From positions 219,232,001 to 219,296,000 of the forward strand of contig OX597814.1 of assembly GCA_951406725.2 (NCBI GenBank): a stretch of DNA of 64,000 nucleotides, in the 5' to 3' direction. A program made the position numbers and the translations under genes. Positions 43,558 to 55,029 of the stretch are shown here, piece after piece (position 1 is the stretch's first letter; the number at the start of each line of letters is the position of its first letter). A model generated the notes under the pieces. That model searched no databases and was not told the origin of the DNA. It saw only the letters and a list, made by a program, of their open reading frames with translations. Source of the DNA: Octopus vulgaris (lineage: Eukaryota).

Positions 43558-44441
43558 TACGTACATTCGTTCATCCATCCGTCGGTTCCTTCAAGTTTTA
43601 CATTTTTTTCGTTAGCTTCTTGTAGATCGAATCCATCTGACGTTTCTTATGCCTTTCTGTATTCGGTATGCTACAAAATTAACCCATATCCTATTAAAAT
43701 GACCCTCTTCCTGAAAACCCAAAACGAATCCGCATCACCCACTTTTTGTCATTATAGGATTGGTAGATCGCTTAGTTTAGATGACAAAACTTTTGGCGGT
43801 AAATTTGCGGTGCCGCGAAGGATGTAATTACTGAAATACTGCGTCAATGCGATTCGTAATTTTAACCCTTTACGGAAGGCTAAAAGGTGGGGTTGTTAAT
43901 AAGATAGTAGTTGTAATATTGGTTCAACTAACTTCTTGGAAAAAAACGACCAGCTTTTCGCTTGAAAAGCAAAGGTGCGCAAGGCCCCTGAAATAGGGTG
44001 TGCAGGGGTGTGCTTGCACCCCTTGGATTTTTCGTGGGAGCGCAAAATCAAAATTTGTGCCCTCTACTTACCTTTCCCAGGTTTAGGAAAATATTTAAAA
44101 AGTGATTTATAAAAAGTTAAGAGTTAAACTAAAATGTAGAACCAAAGAAAAAAGCCCAGAAAGCCATATTACTGAACTAAAGCTTCATCAACATCAAAAT
44201 TATAAGAATATATGACCATTCCTCAATACTAGCAGAATTGATTACCTATTAAACTCCACAATTACGGGCCCTTCACAGTCAAAATTCCTCATTTCCTCTG
44301 AATAACACATCATCATCCTCATTGCTATCTTGGTCCACTGCTATGACTCTTGCCACAACTAATCAAGAGGGTCAAGAAGCACAGTCATTGCTCATTACTA
44401 GCACAATTGATAACCTATTAAATAAGCCTCAACTTCGGGTT

Positions 44442-46740
44442 ATTCCGACTATAACATTATACAATTATCTGTATGTGGTTCAAAGAGGTCAACACGCACA
44501 AATAACACCAAACATGACTCGCTCCTTATGAACTTGAATTCCAGGAAGGCCAAGTGGGAGAAAATCGAAACTGAAACACTCGAAACCAACTGGTCTCTGC
44601 ATATAGGCGACCTCAGTGTTAACAAGAGAATGAAGTTTCTGTGCAAAGAGTTAATGTGTCGAAAGCACGCCCCATATAAACATGCCTATCCTCGAAAGAA
44701 TTTGATTCCATCAGATGACGGATATTAATGTGTAACAGAGACAAACCAACAAAACAATTAAAAAAAGAACTCTCCCAAAAGATGAGTTGGAATAAAAAAA
44801 AAACGAAGAAAATAAAGAACATCAAACTGGACCTAAAACTATCTTATTAAAAGGGAACTTAGTTAAGAGAACACCGAACAGTGGGAAATAGAAATATATT
44901 CCTAAGTTCTTTTTCCACTTTGCTAAACAAAAATCAGCTACTCATAACCAGATTGGATCCTTGATTGATGAAAATAGATCATATACTAATGTTCCATCAC
45001 AAAACGGCACATTCTTGAGTTATCAGTGTAACTGAATTTTCACATTTTCCCAACCTATAGTTAACAAGATAGCATATAAGCCAAACGAATTCTTTAATCC
45101 TCAGAACTCAACTGCAGAGGCACCTCTAAAATTTAATGATATTATGGAAGATTATATACTTACTGCTAGTAACCTAGATTCAAACTCAGCATCTGGACCA
45201 GATAAGCTCCCAGCCATACTGTAAAAACGTGCAAATACAGACGGATGAACCATCAAAAATACTATTTCAAAAGTCGCTCGATGCCAGCATATTCCCAGAA
45301 CTACTGGAAGATACAATAGTAACACCTATACACAAAGGAGAGTAGCAGGGGTGAAGCTAAAAATTACAGACTTCTTTGTCTCATATCCCACACATCTAAA
45401 ATTATCAAACGCATTGTCCGAAAAAAAAACAATTACATATCAATTACAAAAAAATAATTACATATCAATTACAAATACATATCAATTACAAAAACAACTT
45501 CTTAGATGACACACAACATGGTTTTTGAACTGGACGAAGCTGCCTGTTACAACTATTACAGCATCATAGCACTATTTTCAGTAATCTCTTGAGAGGAAAA
45601 AACACCGACTGTATATGTCTTGATTTTGCTACGCGTTTGACAAGATTGTCCATGGAATTATCTGTGATAAGCAAAGGGATCTTGGTGTCACAGGAAAGCT
45701 CGGAAAATGGCTCTGACGTCCTACACTGTAGGAATTAGTCTGTAGTGACGCTATACAGCGGCGCGCGTGCGCACCGTCCATTCCTGTTTCGCGCGTGCGG
45801 GTTGGTGCTTTCACCACCGGAAGTAGGACCATTTGCCTACGTGGCAGTTTAGCCGCGAGGCAGGGGATCGTAGAACGTTTGACCACTAGCAGCAGTCAGC
45901 AGCGACTTGAGACATGGCTATCGAAGGTACAACACGTATATTCTCTCTGTCCGAATTTGATTCTAGCAGCAGTCAGCCTTTTCATAGAAGAAGACGCATG
46001 TTATCTTCGTCTTACAAGTCTGTTGTTGCAAATGGTTTTCTCTCTGGTAAGTCATCTGTAATAAGTGATATAGCCCAGGGAATAGTACTACGACCATTAT
46101 TATTTATCATCACCCTCTCAGGTATAAGATCACAAGTGCATTCGGTCAACTTAACGAGTTACGCTATCCAAACTCCAGAAGATACCGTCTCACTCTAAAA
46201 TGAGCTAACCCTCATTTATCAATGGGCAGATTTAGGACATCAAAACTTCAGGTTCTTCTTTATGGAGGGAATACACACACATCCCAATATTTGACACCAG
46301 ATAACAATGATTCAGAGTGCTAATGAGATACAGGACTTAGGAGCGATCATGCCAAATGATGCATCTTTTATTAGTCACATCACCAAACTGACTTCTAAAG
46401 GCAAACATCTCGTAGGATGGATCCTACAAACTTTTCTGACAAGAGAATCGATATTTTGGCTAACTCTATGGAAAACCCTAGTTGAGCAGATTAGATTACT
46501 GCTTAATATGTTGGTCTTCAAACGCATCCGGCCTCATATAAGAAATTGAAGAGTTACAAAGAACATTTACCAGTAAAATATCTTCGGTTAATTACTAAGT
46601 CTTAATTACTAAGAACATTTGAAAGGGCTGCGTCTCTACTTTTTTGAGTGCCGAAGAGAGTGATATTCTGCCATATACATATGGAAAATACTGGAGGTGC
46701 GTGTTCCAAACTTCGGTATTGGAGATAATTTTAACGCATG
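44442..46740 (+). mobile_element. Degenerate CR1/L2-like LINE, RT region
   Basis: SASGPDKLPAIL (~45190), VTPIHKG...NYR, QHGF.TGRSC, DF..AFDKIVHG, QGIVLRPLLFI, QDLGAIM remnants. Confidence 0.78.
45741..46016. mobile_element. Solo LTR (276 bp) inserted in the CR1-like RT
   Basis: TGTA...TACA termini, 4-bp TSD agtc at 45737-45740 and 46017-46020; GC-richer than flanks; removal restores SVVANG of the LINE. Confidence 0.82.
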
Positions 46741-47254
46741 GTCTGTTAGTTACTAGTTCATCGAAGAATTAAGGAACATATTTAGAGAAAGATAACAGCA
46801 GTTGGCAGTCCCACTGTTGAAAGATCAAGGAATATCCTTAGTAAAAGTTGATAGAAGTTGCTGGTTCCATCTTCGAAGAGAAAGTTACACATAACACAGG
46901 TAAGAACTTTCGACGGATTCGGTGCACAAGTAAGTCAGTGGTTTAAACCACAAGTTAATTTCGTTTCTGATACCATACAAAATTAAATCCTAGAGTCATA
47001 TGCTCATAACACCCTGCCTAACATCAGAAAAAGACAGACTGAAGATACTATGTTTATTAGTGTTATTTGTGATTGCTCTGGAATAGAACAAGAATCAATT
47101 ATTGTCCGTTATGTTTCAAAAAAAACAGGATGTCCACGAAATTTGTCTTGGTTCTCAAAAACCCCAAACCCCACACTACCCCGGACTGCTCTTCGGAGAC
47201 ACTGACTAAGATCATTTTAGATGCTTTTCATCACCTAAATATTTCACTAGGCTC

Positions 47255-47604
47255 AAATACCGGGATCGATAAAATAAGTATCAGTTGAGCACTGAGGTCG
47301 ATTTAATTGACTCAATCTCTCTCCCGCCGAACTTGCTGTCCTTGTACCAAAATTTGAAGCCATTATTATTATTGCTATTGAAGGCAACGAGGTGGTAGAA
47401 TCGTTTGCACGCCAGGCAAAATACTTAGCGGCATTTCGTCCGTCTTTACGTTCTGAGTTCAAATTCTGCCGTGGTCGACTTTACCTTTCTTCCTTTCGGG
47501 ATCGATAAAGTAAGTACCAGTTACACACTGGGGTCGATGTAATCGACTAGCCCCTCTTCTCAAATTTCAGGCCTTGTGCCTATAGTGGAACGGATTATTA
47601 TTAT
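47255..47604 (+). mobile_element. Two tandem family A-related SINEs with (ATT)n tails (3' half ~47255-47375; full 47381-47604)
   Basis: Head, B box, gggatcgataaa..aagtaccagtt core, ccttgtgcc tail. Confidence 0.8.
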
Positions 47605-47796
47605 TCTTTTACTTGTTTCAGTCATTTGACTGCAGCCATGCTGGAGCACCTCCTTAAGGAGTTTTAGTCGAAGAAATCGACCTCAGGACGTATTCTTTGT
47701 AAGTCTATCGGTTATCTTTGCCGAACCGCTAAGTTATGAGTACATAAATACACCGGTATCGGTTGCCAAGCTATGGCATGGGTACAAACACGCACG

Positions 47797-47847
<51 letters not shown>

Positions 47848-47970
47848 TGTACGACTCACAAGGCTTTGGTCGGGCCGAGGCTATAGTAGAAGATATTTAC
47901 ACAAGGTGTCACGCAGTGGGACTGAACCTGGAACCATGTGGTTGGGAAGCAAGCTTCTTACCACACAACC
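47605..47970 (-). mobile_element. Family C SINE with internal (CA)n
   Basis: Homologous to 11217-11613. Confidence 0.82.
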
Positions 47971-48368
47971 AAGTATCTGTGTTTGTTTTGACATTAAGAT
48001 TGAAAAAAAAAAGGCAACATTGTTTGTAAAAGATTTTGTGCCTGGGTTTGCACCCGCTGATCAAATTTCGTTCCAGGGCCACTGATCGTGTGCAATTAGC
48101 ATTTGACCCTTTTTTAGAGATATTCTCTTTAATATTTCTTCACAGTAAATGTCCCACTGCTTCCTTTATGACTTATTTCGTAACATATTCCTGAATATTT
48201 AGAATTTTTTGAAATATTTCAAAAGTGAGAAATCTTTGCCTTCGTGACCGTTTCAGCGAATCACTCTTCCATGTGGTCACATTATTGGCTGGAAATAGTA
48301 GCTAAATTTTCCTCATAACACAAACTGTTATCTTAAAAGTGGGACAAAACATTCAGTAACGTGATTCT

Positions 48369-48474
48369 AGATATACTGACCCTGGATGGTCACGACGGGA
48401 CTGCTTAGCCTGGATGTATTGAGCCTGGTCGGGATAGTCACGATGGGAATGCTCGATGAGTAATGATGTGAAGT

Positions 48475-48512
<38 letters not shown>

Positions 48513-48515
48513 AAC

Positions 48516-48549
<34 letters not shown>

Positions 48550-48584
48550 GTAATAATAATAATAGTAATAGCAACAATTACAAC
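48369..48584 (+). mobile_element. Short retroposed 3'-end fragment (~108 bp) with (AAC)n(AAT)n tail
   Basis: 11-bp TSD aacgtgattct at 48358-48368 and 48585-48595. Confidence 0.65.
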
Positions 48585-48668
48585 AACGTGATTCTCCTTT
48601 AAAGTGACTATTCATACATCTTTCAGCAAACTCAACATTTACATTGTTTATCTAATTCCTTCAAGAAT

Positions 48669-49057
48669 GGACGGAAGCACTCCGTCGGTTACGACGACGA
48701 GGGTTCCGGTTGATCCGATCAAGGGAACAGCCTGCTCGTGAAATTAACGTGTAAGTGGCTGAGCACTCCACAGACACGTGTACCCTTAACGCAGTTCTCG
48801 GGGATATTCAGCGTGACACAGAGAGTGACAAGGCCGGCCCCTTTGAAATACAGGTACAACAGAAACAGGAAGTAAGAGTGAGAGAAAGTTGTGGTGAAAG
48901 AGTACAGCAGGGATCACCACCATCCCCTGCCGGAGCCTTGTGGAGCTTTTAGGTGTTTTCGCTCAATAAACACTCACAACGCCCGTTCTGGGAATCGAAA
49001 CTGCGATCCTACGACCGCGAGTCCGCTGCCCTAACCACTGGGCCATTGCGCCTCTAC
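48669..49057 (-). mobile_element. Family B SINE, full length
   Basis: 12-bp TSD tccttcaagaat at 48657-48668 and 49058-49069. Confidence 0.92.
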
Positions 49058-49087
49058 TCCTTCAAGAATAAGACATCTATTAGCAAA

Positions 49088-49122
<35 letters not shown>

Positions 49123-49418
49123 CATACAATTTTTGGGGGGTTTCGTTTCTCAACATTTCGAGTTCAAGTCTTGCCAGGATCGACCGACAATTTCATATTT
49201 CCGGTTTGTAGTAAACTCTGTTACGGTGGTTAGTCTTTTGCTCACATCCTTTTTCATCACATGGATTCACCAATTATGCTTTCTCATAAATATCTATATA
49301 GAGAGATATATTTTCTGAAACCCCATATCCTGCTTATTTCTATTTTGAGAAACTTCAATTTTAATAGCCTTTCAATTTCCTTCTTGACGATGTTTTGATG
49401 AGAAGGTACCCGATGTTT

Positions 49419-49749
49419 GTGAGGGCGCGTGGCTTAGTGGTTAGGGCATTCGGCTCATGATCGTAAGGTTGTGAGTTCGATTCCCGGCGACGTGTTGTGT
49501 CCTTGAGCAAGACACTTTATTTCACGTTGCTCCAGTCCACTCAGCTGGCAAAAATGAGTTGTACTTGTATTTCAAAGGGTCAGCCTTGTCACTCTCTGTG
49601 TCACGCTGATTATCCCCGAGAACTACGTTAAGGGTACACGTGTCTGTGGAATGCTCAGCCATTTGCACGTTAATTTCACGAGCAAGCTGTTCCGTTGATC
49701 GTATCAGCTGGGACCCTCGTCGTCGTAACCGGCGGAGTCTTTTTTTTTA
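49419..49749 (+). mobile_element. Family D SINE (gggcgcgtggcttagtggttaggg head, family B tail)
   Basis: 11-bp TSD acccgatgttt at 49408-49418 and 49750-49760; B box gagttcgattcc. Confidence 0.9.
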
Positions 49750-50060
49750 ACCCGATGTTTACAAGAGTGAATAGGTTTCCCTTTTTTGGCTTTATTAGGA
49801 TAACTTGGCAATTCGTTTCGATTTCTTAGTCAAAACTGGCTGGGAAACAAGCGCACTGACTAAATAATTTCTTCTTTTTTTTTCCTTATTAAGTGTGTAG
49901 GGTGAGGAAGCAGTGAAAACGTTTTTTGAACATCACCCTGAAAAACTTCATCGTCAACCGAACGAGCGTAGAAACATTTCTTTTTTTTTTTTTTGGATTT
50001 GAACTAATTTGAAGCATTACTTTTCCATTATTGGATCAACTGATTTGATAGATATTGGAT

Positions 50061-50367
50061 TGGAAGCATTCCGTCGGTTACGACGACAAGGGTTCCGATC
50101 AACAGAACAGCCTGCTCGTGAAATTAACGTGCCAGTGGTTGAGCACTCCACAGGCACGCGTACCCTTAACATACTTCTCATGGAGAGTCAGCGTGACACA
50201 GAGTGTGACAAGGCTGGCCCTTTGAAATACAGGTACTACTCATTTTTGCCAGCTGAGTGGACTGGAGCAACGTGAAATAAAGTGTCTTGTTCAAGGACAC
50301 AACGCATCGCCGGGAATCGAACTCACGACCTTACAATCGTCAGTCGAATGTCCTAACCAATAAGCCA
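50061..50367 (-). mobile_element. Family D SINE
   Basis: Reverse complement of the 49421-49740 sequence, more diverged. Confidence 0.85.
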
Positions 50368-50474
50368 GTGTAGGGTGAGGAAGCAGTGAAACGTTTTTTG
50401 AACATCACCCTGAAAAACTTCATCGTCAAACGAACGAGCGTAGAAACACTTCTTTTTTTGGGGGGGGATTTTGG

Positions 50475-50615
50475 GGGAGTGACCCAGTAGTTAGATGCCT
50501 GGTTCACTGTGATATGGTCGAGAGTTCAATTTTCAGAGCGGTCAGCACGTTGTGTCCTTGAGCAAAGCATTTTATTTCGCGTTGCTCTAGTCTTTCTGCT
50601 GGAAATGAGTAACCT
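50475..50615 (+). mobile_element. Old SINE fragment
   Basis: Decayed tRNA head followed by gttgtgtccttgagcaa..cattttatttc.cgttgctc as in family D. Confidence 0.6.
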
Positions 50616-51133
50616 CTGGGTGCTCGTGCAGTTCTTATTTTTTCTGTTCAGCTGTCACATCCTATGTGCCACTGTGCCAAGAGTGAGGGGACGAAAGGAG
50701 TGTCTATGTCTGCCCGCAATTAGCCATACTTTCTCATCAGTGACTGTGGCTGTGTTCTAATAAAAAGTTGTTTGGGGTTTTTTTTTACATTTTTTCTCTT
50801 TTTTTTGTCTGAGTTTCTATGCACAAATCTTTCTCCTGTTGCTTGCTTCTAATAATTATTCCGAACCTGCAGGGATTACTTTGATCCAGCTATTTGGTAG
50901 GAAACCTAACACACTTCCTCAAAAGTTCATCGCATCAACCATAACAAGTAAGCTAGAGTTGATTTGATTGGTCGAGCCATATTCGCGCAGGCGTTGATAC
51001 TTTTCGTTGTCGATGTATTTTCTCCACATTTTCGGGTACAGTAAATCGTTGGCCTTAGCTAGAAAAATTGTAAGTGATTATTCAAAATGCAGCAGGAATT
51101 TCACTACAAGTTGAACAAGGACTATATTTAGAG

Positions 51134-51296
51134 TAGCGTTTCCCAACCCATGTTCCGCGAAAGGTTACCAGGAATTCTGCGAAATATCGTGGTAAATGGG
51201 TTAATTATTTGCATGTGTGACGCAATTTCGTAGTACAATTTAGGTTCGTAATTTATTCTACATGCAGAGAACACATCCTTAGGTTGGGAAACACCG
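51134..51296. mobile_element. hAT-like MITE
   Basis: Imperfect TIRs tagcgtttcccaacc / ggttgggaaacaccg; TSD not clearly preserved. Confidence 0.6.
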
Positions 51297-51684
51297 GGAT
51301 TTGTAGGTTTCTGAAGAGGACCTGCGGAGTAAATGAGCTCCCAATAGGGAATTGTAGAAAGAACTAGTCTTAAGCAAGGTCTTCATTAAGACAAATTTTT
51401 AAAAACTTACTTTTTAGTGCCTAATTGATTTAGCAGTGCCAAACCTCTCAAAGGCAATTTAATGATTTCTTTAAGCCTTTTGAGATATTTTAATTTCTTA
51501 CCTTCTTCGAGGTTTACACGGCATTAGAAAGCCACGTCAGTGATACTCTCTGAATAGAAAATTTGGTTTGATTCTTTTAGTAAAGCTTAATGAACATAAA
51601 AAAGAATATTACTTATTTAAAACAGAACGAATTGAAATTACAAAGAGAAATAATACTTTCTATTAAAGATACAGGGTCAGATAT

Positions 51685-52145
51685 CGGAGGAGGCGGATTA
51701 ATCGATTAAATCGATCCAGTGTTTGACAGGTAATCGATTTCGTTGCTGAAAGGCTGACAAAGTAAACCTAAGCAGGATTTGAACTCAGAATGTAAAGAAC
51801 CGGTAGTTCACTTCTTATACCATTTTCCACGAGAGCAGAACTAAGGAAACGAGTACCATTGGCCCCCCTTGCCTGGGTTCTTTCTTCTTTTATCCTGCTT
51901 TGCTTTTCTTTTTCTTTTTATATAAAATTGTTTGCCATACTTTTTTTTGTCTGGGAGAGGGCGGTTTCGCAGCATACGTACAACAGACGATATGATTCAA
52001 TGCCTTATCCGAGGTTGACTTTGCCTTTCATTCGTTCTGGGTCGATAAAATAAAGTACCGTTCAAGTACTGCAGTCGATATAATCGATTTGCCACTCCCC
52101 TCAAAATTGTTGGCTTTGTCCCAAAATTAGAAAGAATTATTATTG
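51685..52145. mobile_element. Old family A-related SINE fragments (minus ~51685-51800; plus ~51990-52145)
   Basis: gaggttgactttgcctttcatt...gggtcgataaaataaagtacc core and (ATT) tail. Confidence 0.6.
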
Positions 52146-52149
52146 AAAA

Positions 52150-53995
52150 GGTAATTCGAAACGGTATCACAACCGACGTGTTTGCAGCAAAAATTACCCT
52201 CGACCGTTTCTTCAATGCAAAACACGAAGGCTGCGTTGTCAGAGCAAGAGCTTGTTTGTTCAAACAAGAAGGGACAAAAGTCCTTCGATGGGCTCGAGTG
52301 GTAGAGGCACGACGTGGGAACAAATTCGCAATTCAGTATTCGAGAGATCAGAGGGAGACATAATTCGCGGTTTCAAGGGGATATGTGAGACTTTCCAGCA
52401 GCACTTTGCTTAACTCTTCCGAGTAGGCGATAGTTCACATAGAATTATGGACCTTAGTACTGACAGTGACAGCCTGCAGCAACTCTTGGCAGAAAAGGTC
52501 AATAACAGCAACTGAAATACAGGAAGTATTGAGATGTTGCACAATGGACAAATCGCCCGGTTTGGTTGGCCTGTCCTTTGAGTTTTATGTCTATCACCAC
52601 TGGCAGAAAGAAACGGAAGAATTTCCAGTTTTATGCACCAGTGTGTTTTAACATTTTTGATAAAGAATACCACCAAAGAGGATATTATAGATATTTTCTG
52701 GTTCATAACTCTGCTAACTGAAGAGTTTAAAATTTTAGCCAAGGTGTTAGCAAAGTGGTTGACACTTGACTTTGATGGTTTAGTCGAAGAAGCTTAAACA
52801 TGTTCGATCCCCGGTAGATCCATCAACCACTACCTCTACCTCGTGCAGTCCATCATACAGGAAATGGGTAACATACCTGGTGTTGGTGGGGGCCCATATC
52901 AATTTAAATCAATCGAAAGCCTTGATAGCAATCCTAAAAGCAACTGGTTTCGGACCTATTTTCAGTGGCTGGATCGCAGCAATGCACAGTGGTACATATT
53001 TGGTGATCAAAGTAAATAACTACTTCTCGGATTTGTTTCATATCGCGCGCGCGATCCGCCAAGATTGTCTTCTTCCGTCTCTTGTATAAGTTCTGGAGTT
53101 CGAGCCACTGTTGCAGAAACTAAAACTCTTGAGAGGCATCCTCTGCAAACTACCTGTCAGGAATACGGGAGAGCTGTATTGGCGTATACGGATGACGTCA
53201 CTTAAATCTTGTGAGACACTACGGAAGTTCAGGTAGTTGATTTAATTCTAAAAGAACATGATGTGATGGCAGGAATGAAGATAATTCCGAAGAAGTCAGT
53301 GGCCTTGCAACTCGGTACCTAGAGAGGCAAGTCCATGTCAAAGGACAGCATGGTAAGTCGCTGGATAAACATATATGTGAAATTGCTTGGGGTCTGGTTT
53401 GGTCCAAACTTCCAGATGGACAGGAATTGGGACGAGGTTACAAGCAGGTTGACCAGCATCATTCAAAAATGAGTCGAGAAGATACTATCCCTGACAAGTA
53501 GGGCAGAAGTGGTGACTTCCTCAGTTCTAAGGAACCACCTGACCATTGTGCCTTGCCCCAATCCACGTTTGTCAAAACTGGAACGTTTACCTTTCCGCTC
53601 CCCGTGGAAAGGACGCGTTCCATTGGTCAGGCAGCCCATCTGTTGCCAGCGCCCTCTAGAAAGTGGGATTGGCATGCCATGTTGTCGAGGCGCAGACACA
53701 TGCTGAGGTTACGCCACTTACAGATTTTCTTGGACGGTGAAATGGTGAGGCTTCTGTTTGTAAGATACGCCTTTCTGTAGCACATCTCTTTGACGGAATT
53801 GCGGCCCTTGGTCGTGAAAAGATCAACACTAGGTGCTTGGAACGTTGTCAGGCGTCACCGTCCTCTACTAGTCAGGAAATGCGGTCGGTTGACTTTCATG
53901 CCGGAAACTGCGATGGATAACTTTCAGAAATCCCTGGTTTGGCAGTGCTACTTAGGAGTACTGCTGGTTCGAAATAAATTCTACGGACTCGGACT
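52150..53995 (+). mobile_element. Degenerate L1/Tx1-like LINE RT region
   Basis: EGCVVRAR, KSPGLVGLSFEFY, ITLL..KILAKVLA, IRQDCLL, AYTDDV (~53182), LLGVWFGP, LSLTSRA remnants. Confidence 0.75.
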
Positions 53996-54678
53996 GAGCT
54001 GAGTTTCGCCGGTTGTCGTAAAGAATCCACTTTTCATCGCAAGTCACAATCCGGTTGAGAAACGAGTCGTTGTTGCTGCATAACAGAAGGGCAGACGACA
54101 CTTCAAAACGGGCGTTTTGGGAGGTTGTCCTTCAATTCGTGCGGCACCCATTTCTCGAGTATTTTTGTTTTTCTAATATCTTTCAAGTGGTCGGAAATTG
54201 TCGCATACGTTACGTCTAATTCAGAAGCAATATCTCGAACAGCTGTGCATGGATTGGCTTCCACTAAGGCTCTTAGTTGATTGTTGTCAACATCCGATGA
54301 CCGACCACTACGCTTATCATCTTCAAGACTCTCGTCATCACTACGAAATTTCTTGAACCACCATTGTGCTGTACGTTCATTAATGGTTCCTGGGCCAAAC
54401 GCATCGTTGATATCGCGAGCTGTTTCAGCAGCTTTTCGGCCTAGCATGAACTGGAATAAGAAAATTGTGCGAATTTGCTTTTTGTCTATGTTGTATTCAA
54501 CGTTCCGGAAAAAATGGCCTAATTATTCAAAAAGAAAAAGAGTAACACGATTAAATAGAGCAAAAAACGGGCTTTAAAATGATTTATTAAGTCAAAGTAA
54601 TTTAACAGAAATTAATTTGAAAATACATAATTTAAAACCAAAATTAGAAATTCCGCAAGAACTTTCTTAACAACCTAA
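53996..54678 (-). mobile_element. Mariner element 5' half (Hsmar1/cecropia-like), transposase N-terminus
   Basis: TA-flanked TIR ttaggttgttaagaaagttcttgcgg; HTH region and KWVPHEL (54103-54447); CDEKWILYDN after a frameshift; 3' half absent. Confidence 0.9.
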
Positions 54679-55029
54679 TATCACTGTTTTCTAGTTTCTT
54701 TTTTACTTTTTTTCAATTTCCATATCTGTTAACCACGCATTTGTTCTTATTGCTCACTTATCTCAAAGAGTCCTATTCCTATTTCATGCGTTTCGGAATC
54801 CTCTTTTACTGGGTTCACTTCTGACCCAGTATTCAATTGCAGTTCGATTTGTCTCCTTGTCTCACCTTTTTCTCTTTGTCTCTGCCTCTGCCTTTGAGTA
54901 TAAGCAGTCTCCGGATGACAACCGGGCCTACGCTGTTCTGCCACAGAGCATCTGCTGGGCGAAAGACCTTCACTGTTGATTCCAGCCTCATTCACACAAT
55001 TACTCTTTATCTGGATCTGTCCTCCTTGG

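Noticed and set aside
45431-45495. Three copies of tacatatcaattacaaa
   Set aside because: Trivial slippage duplication inside a dead LINE
54103-54447. SETMAR-like host gene
   Set aside because: No SET domain; adjacent TIR, frameshift and truncation indicate a plain mariner relic
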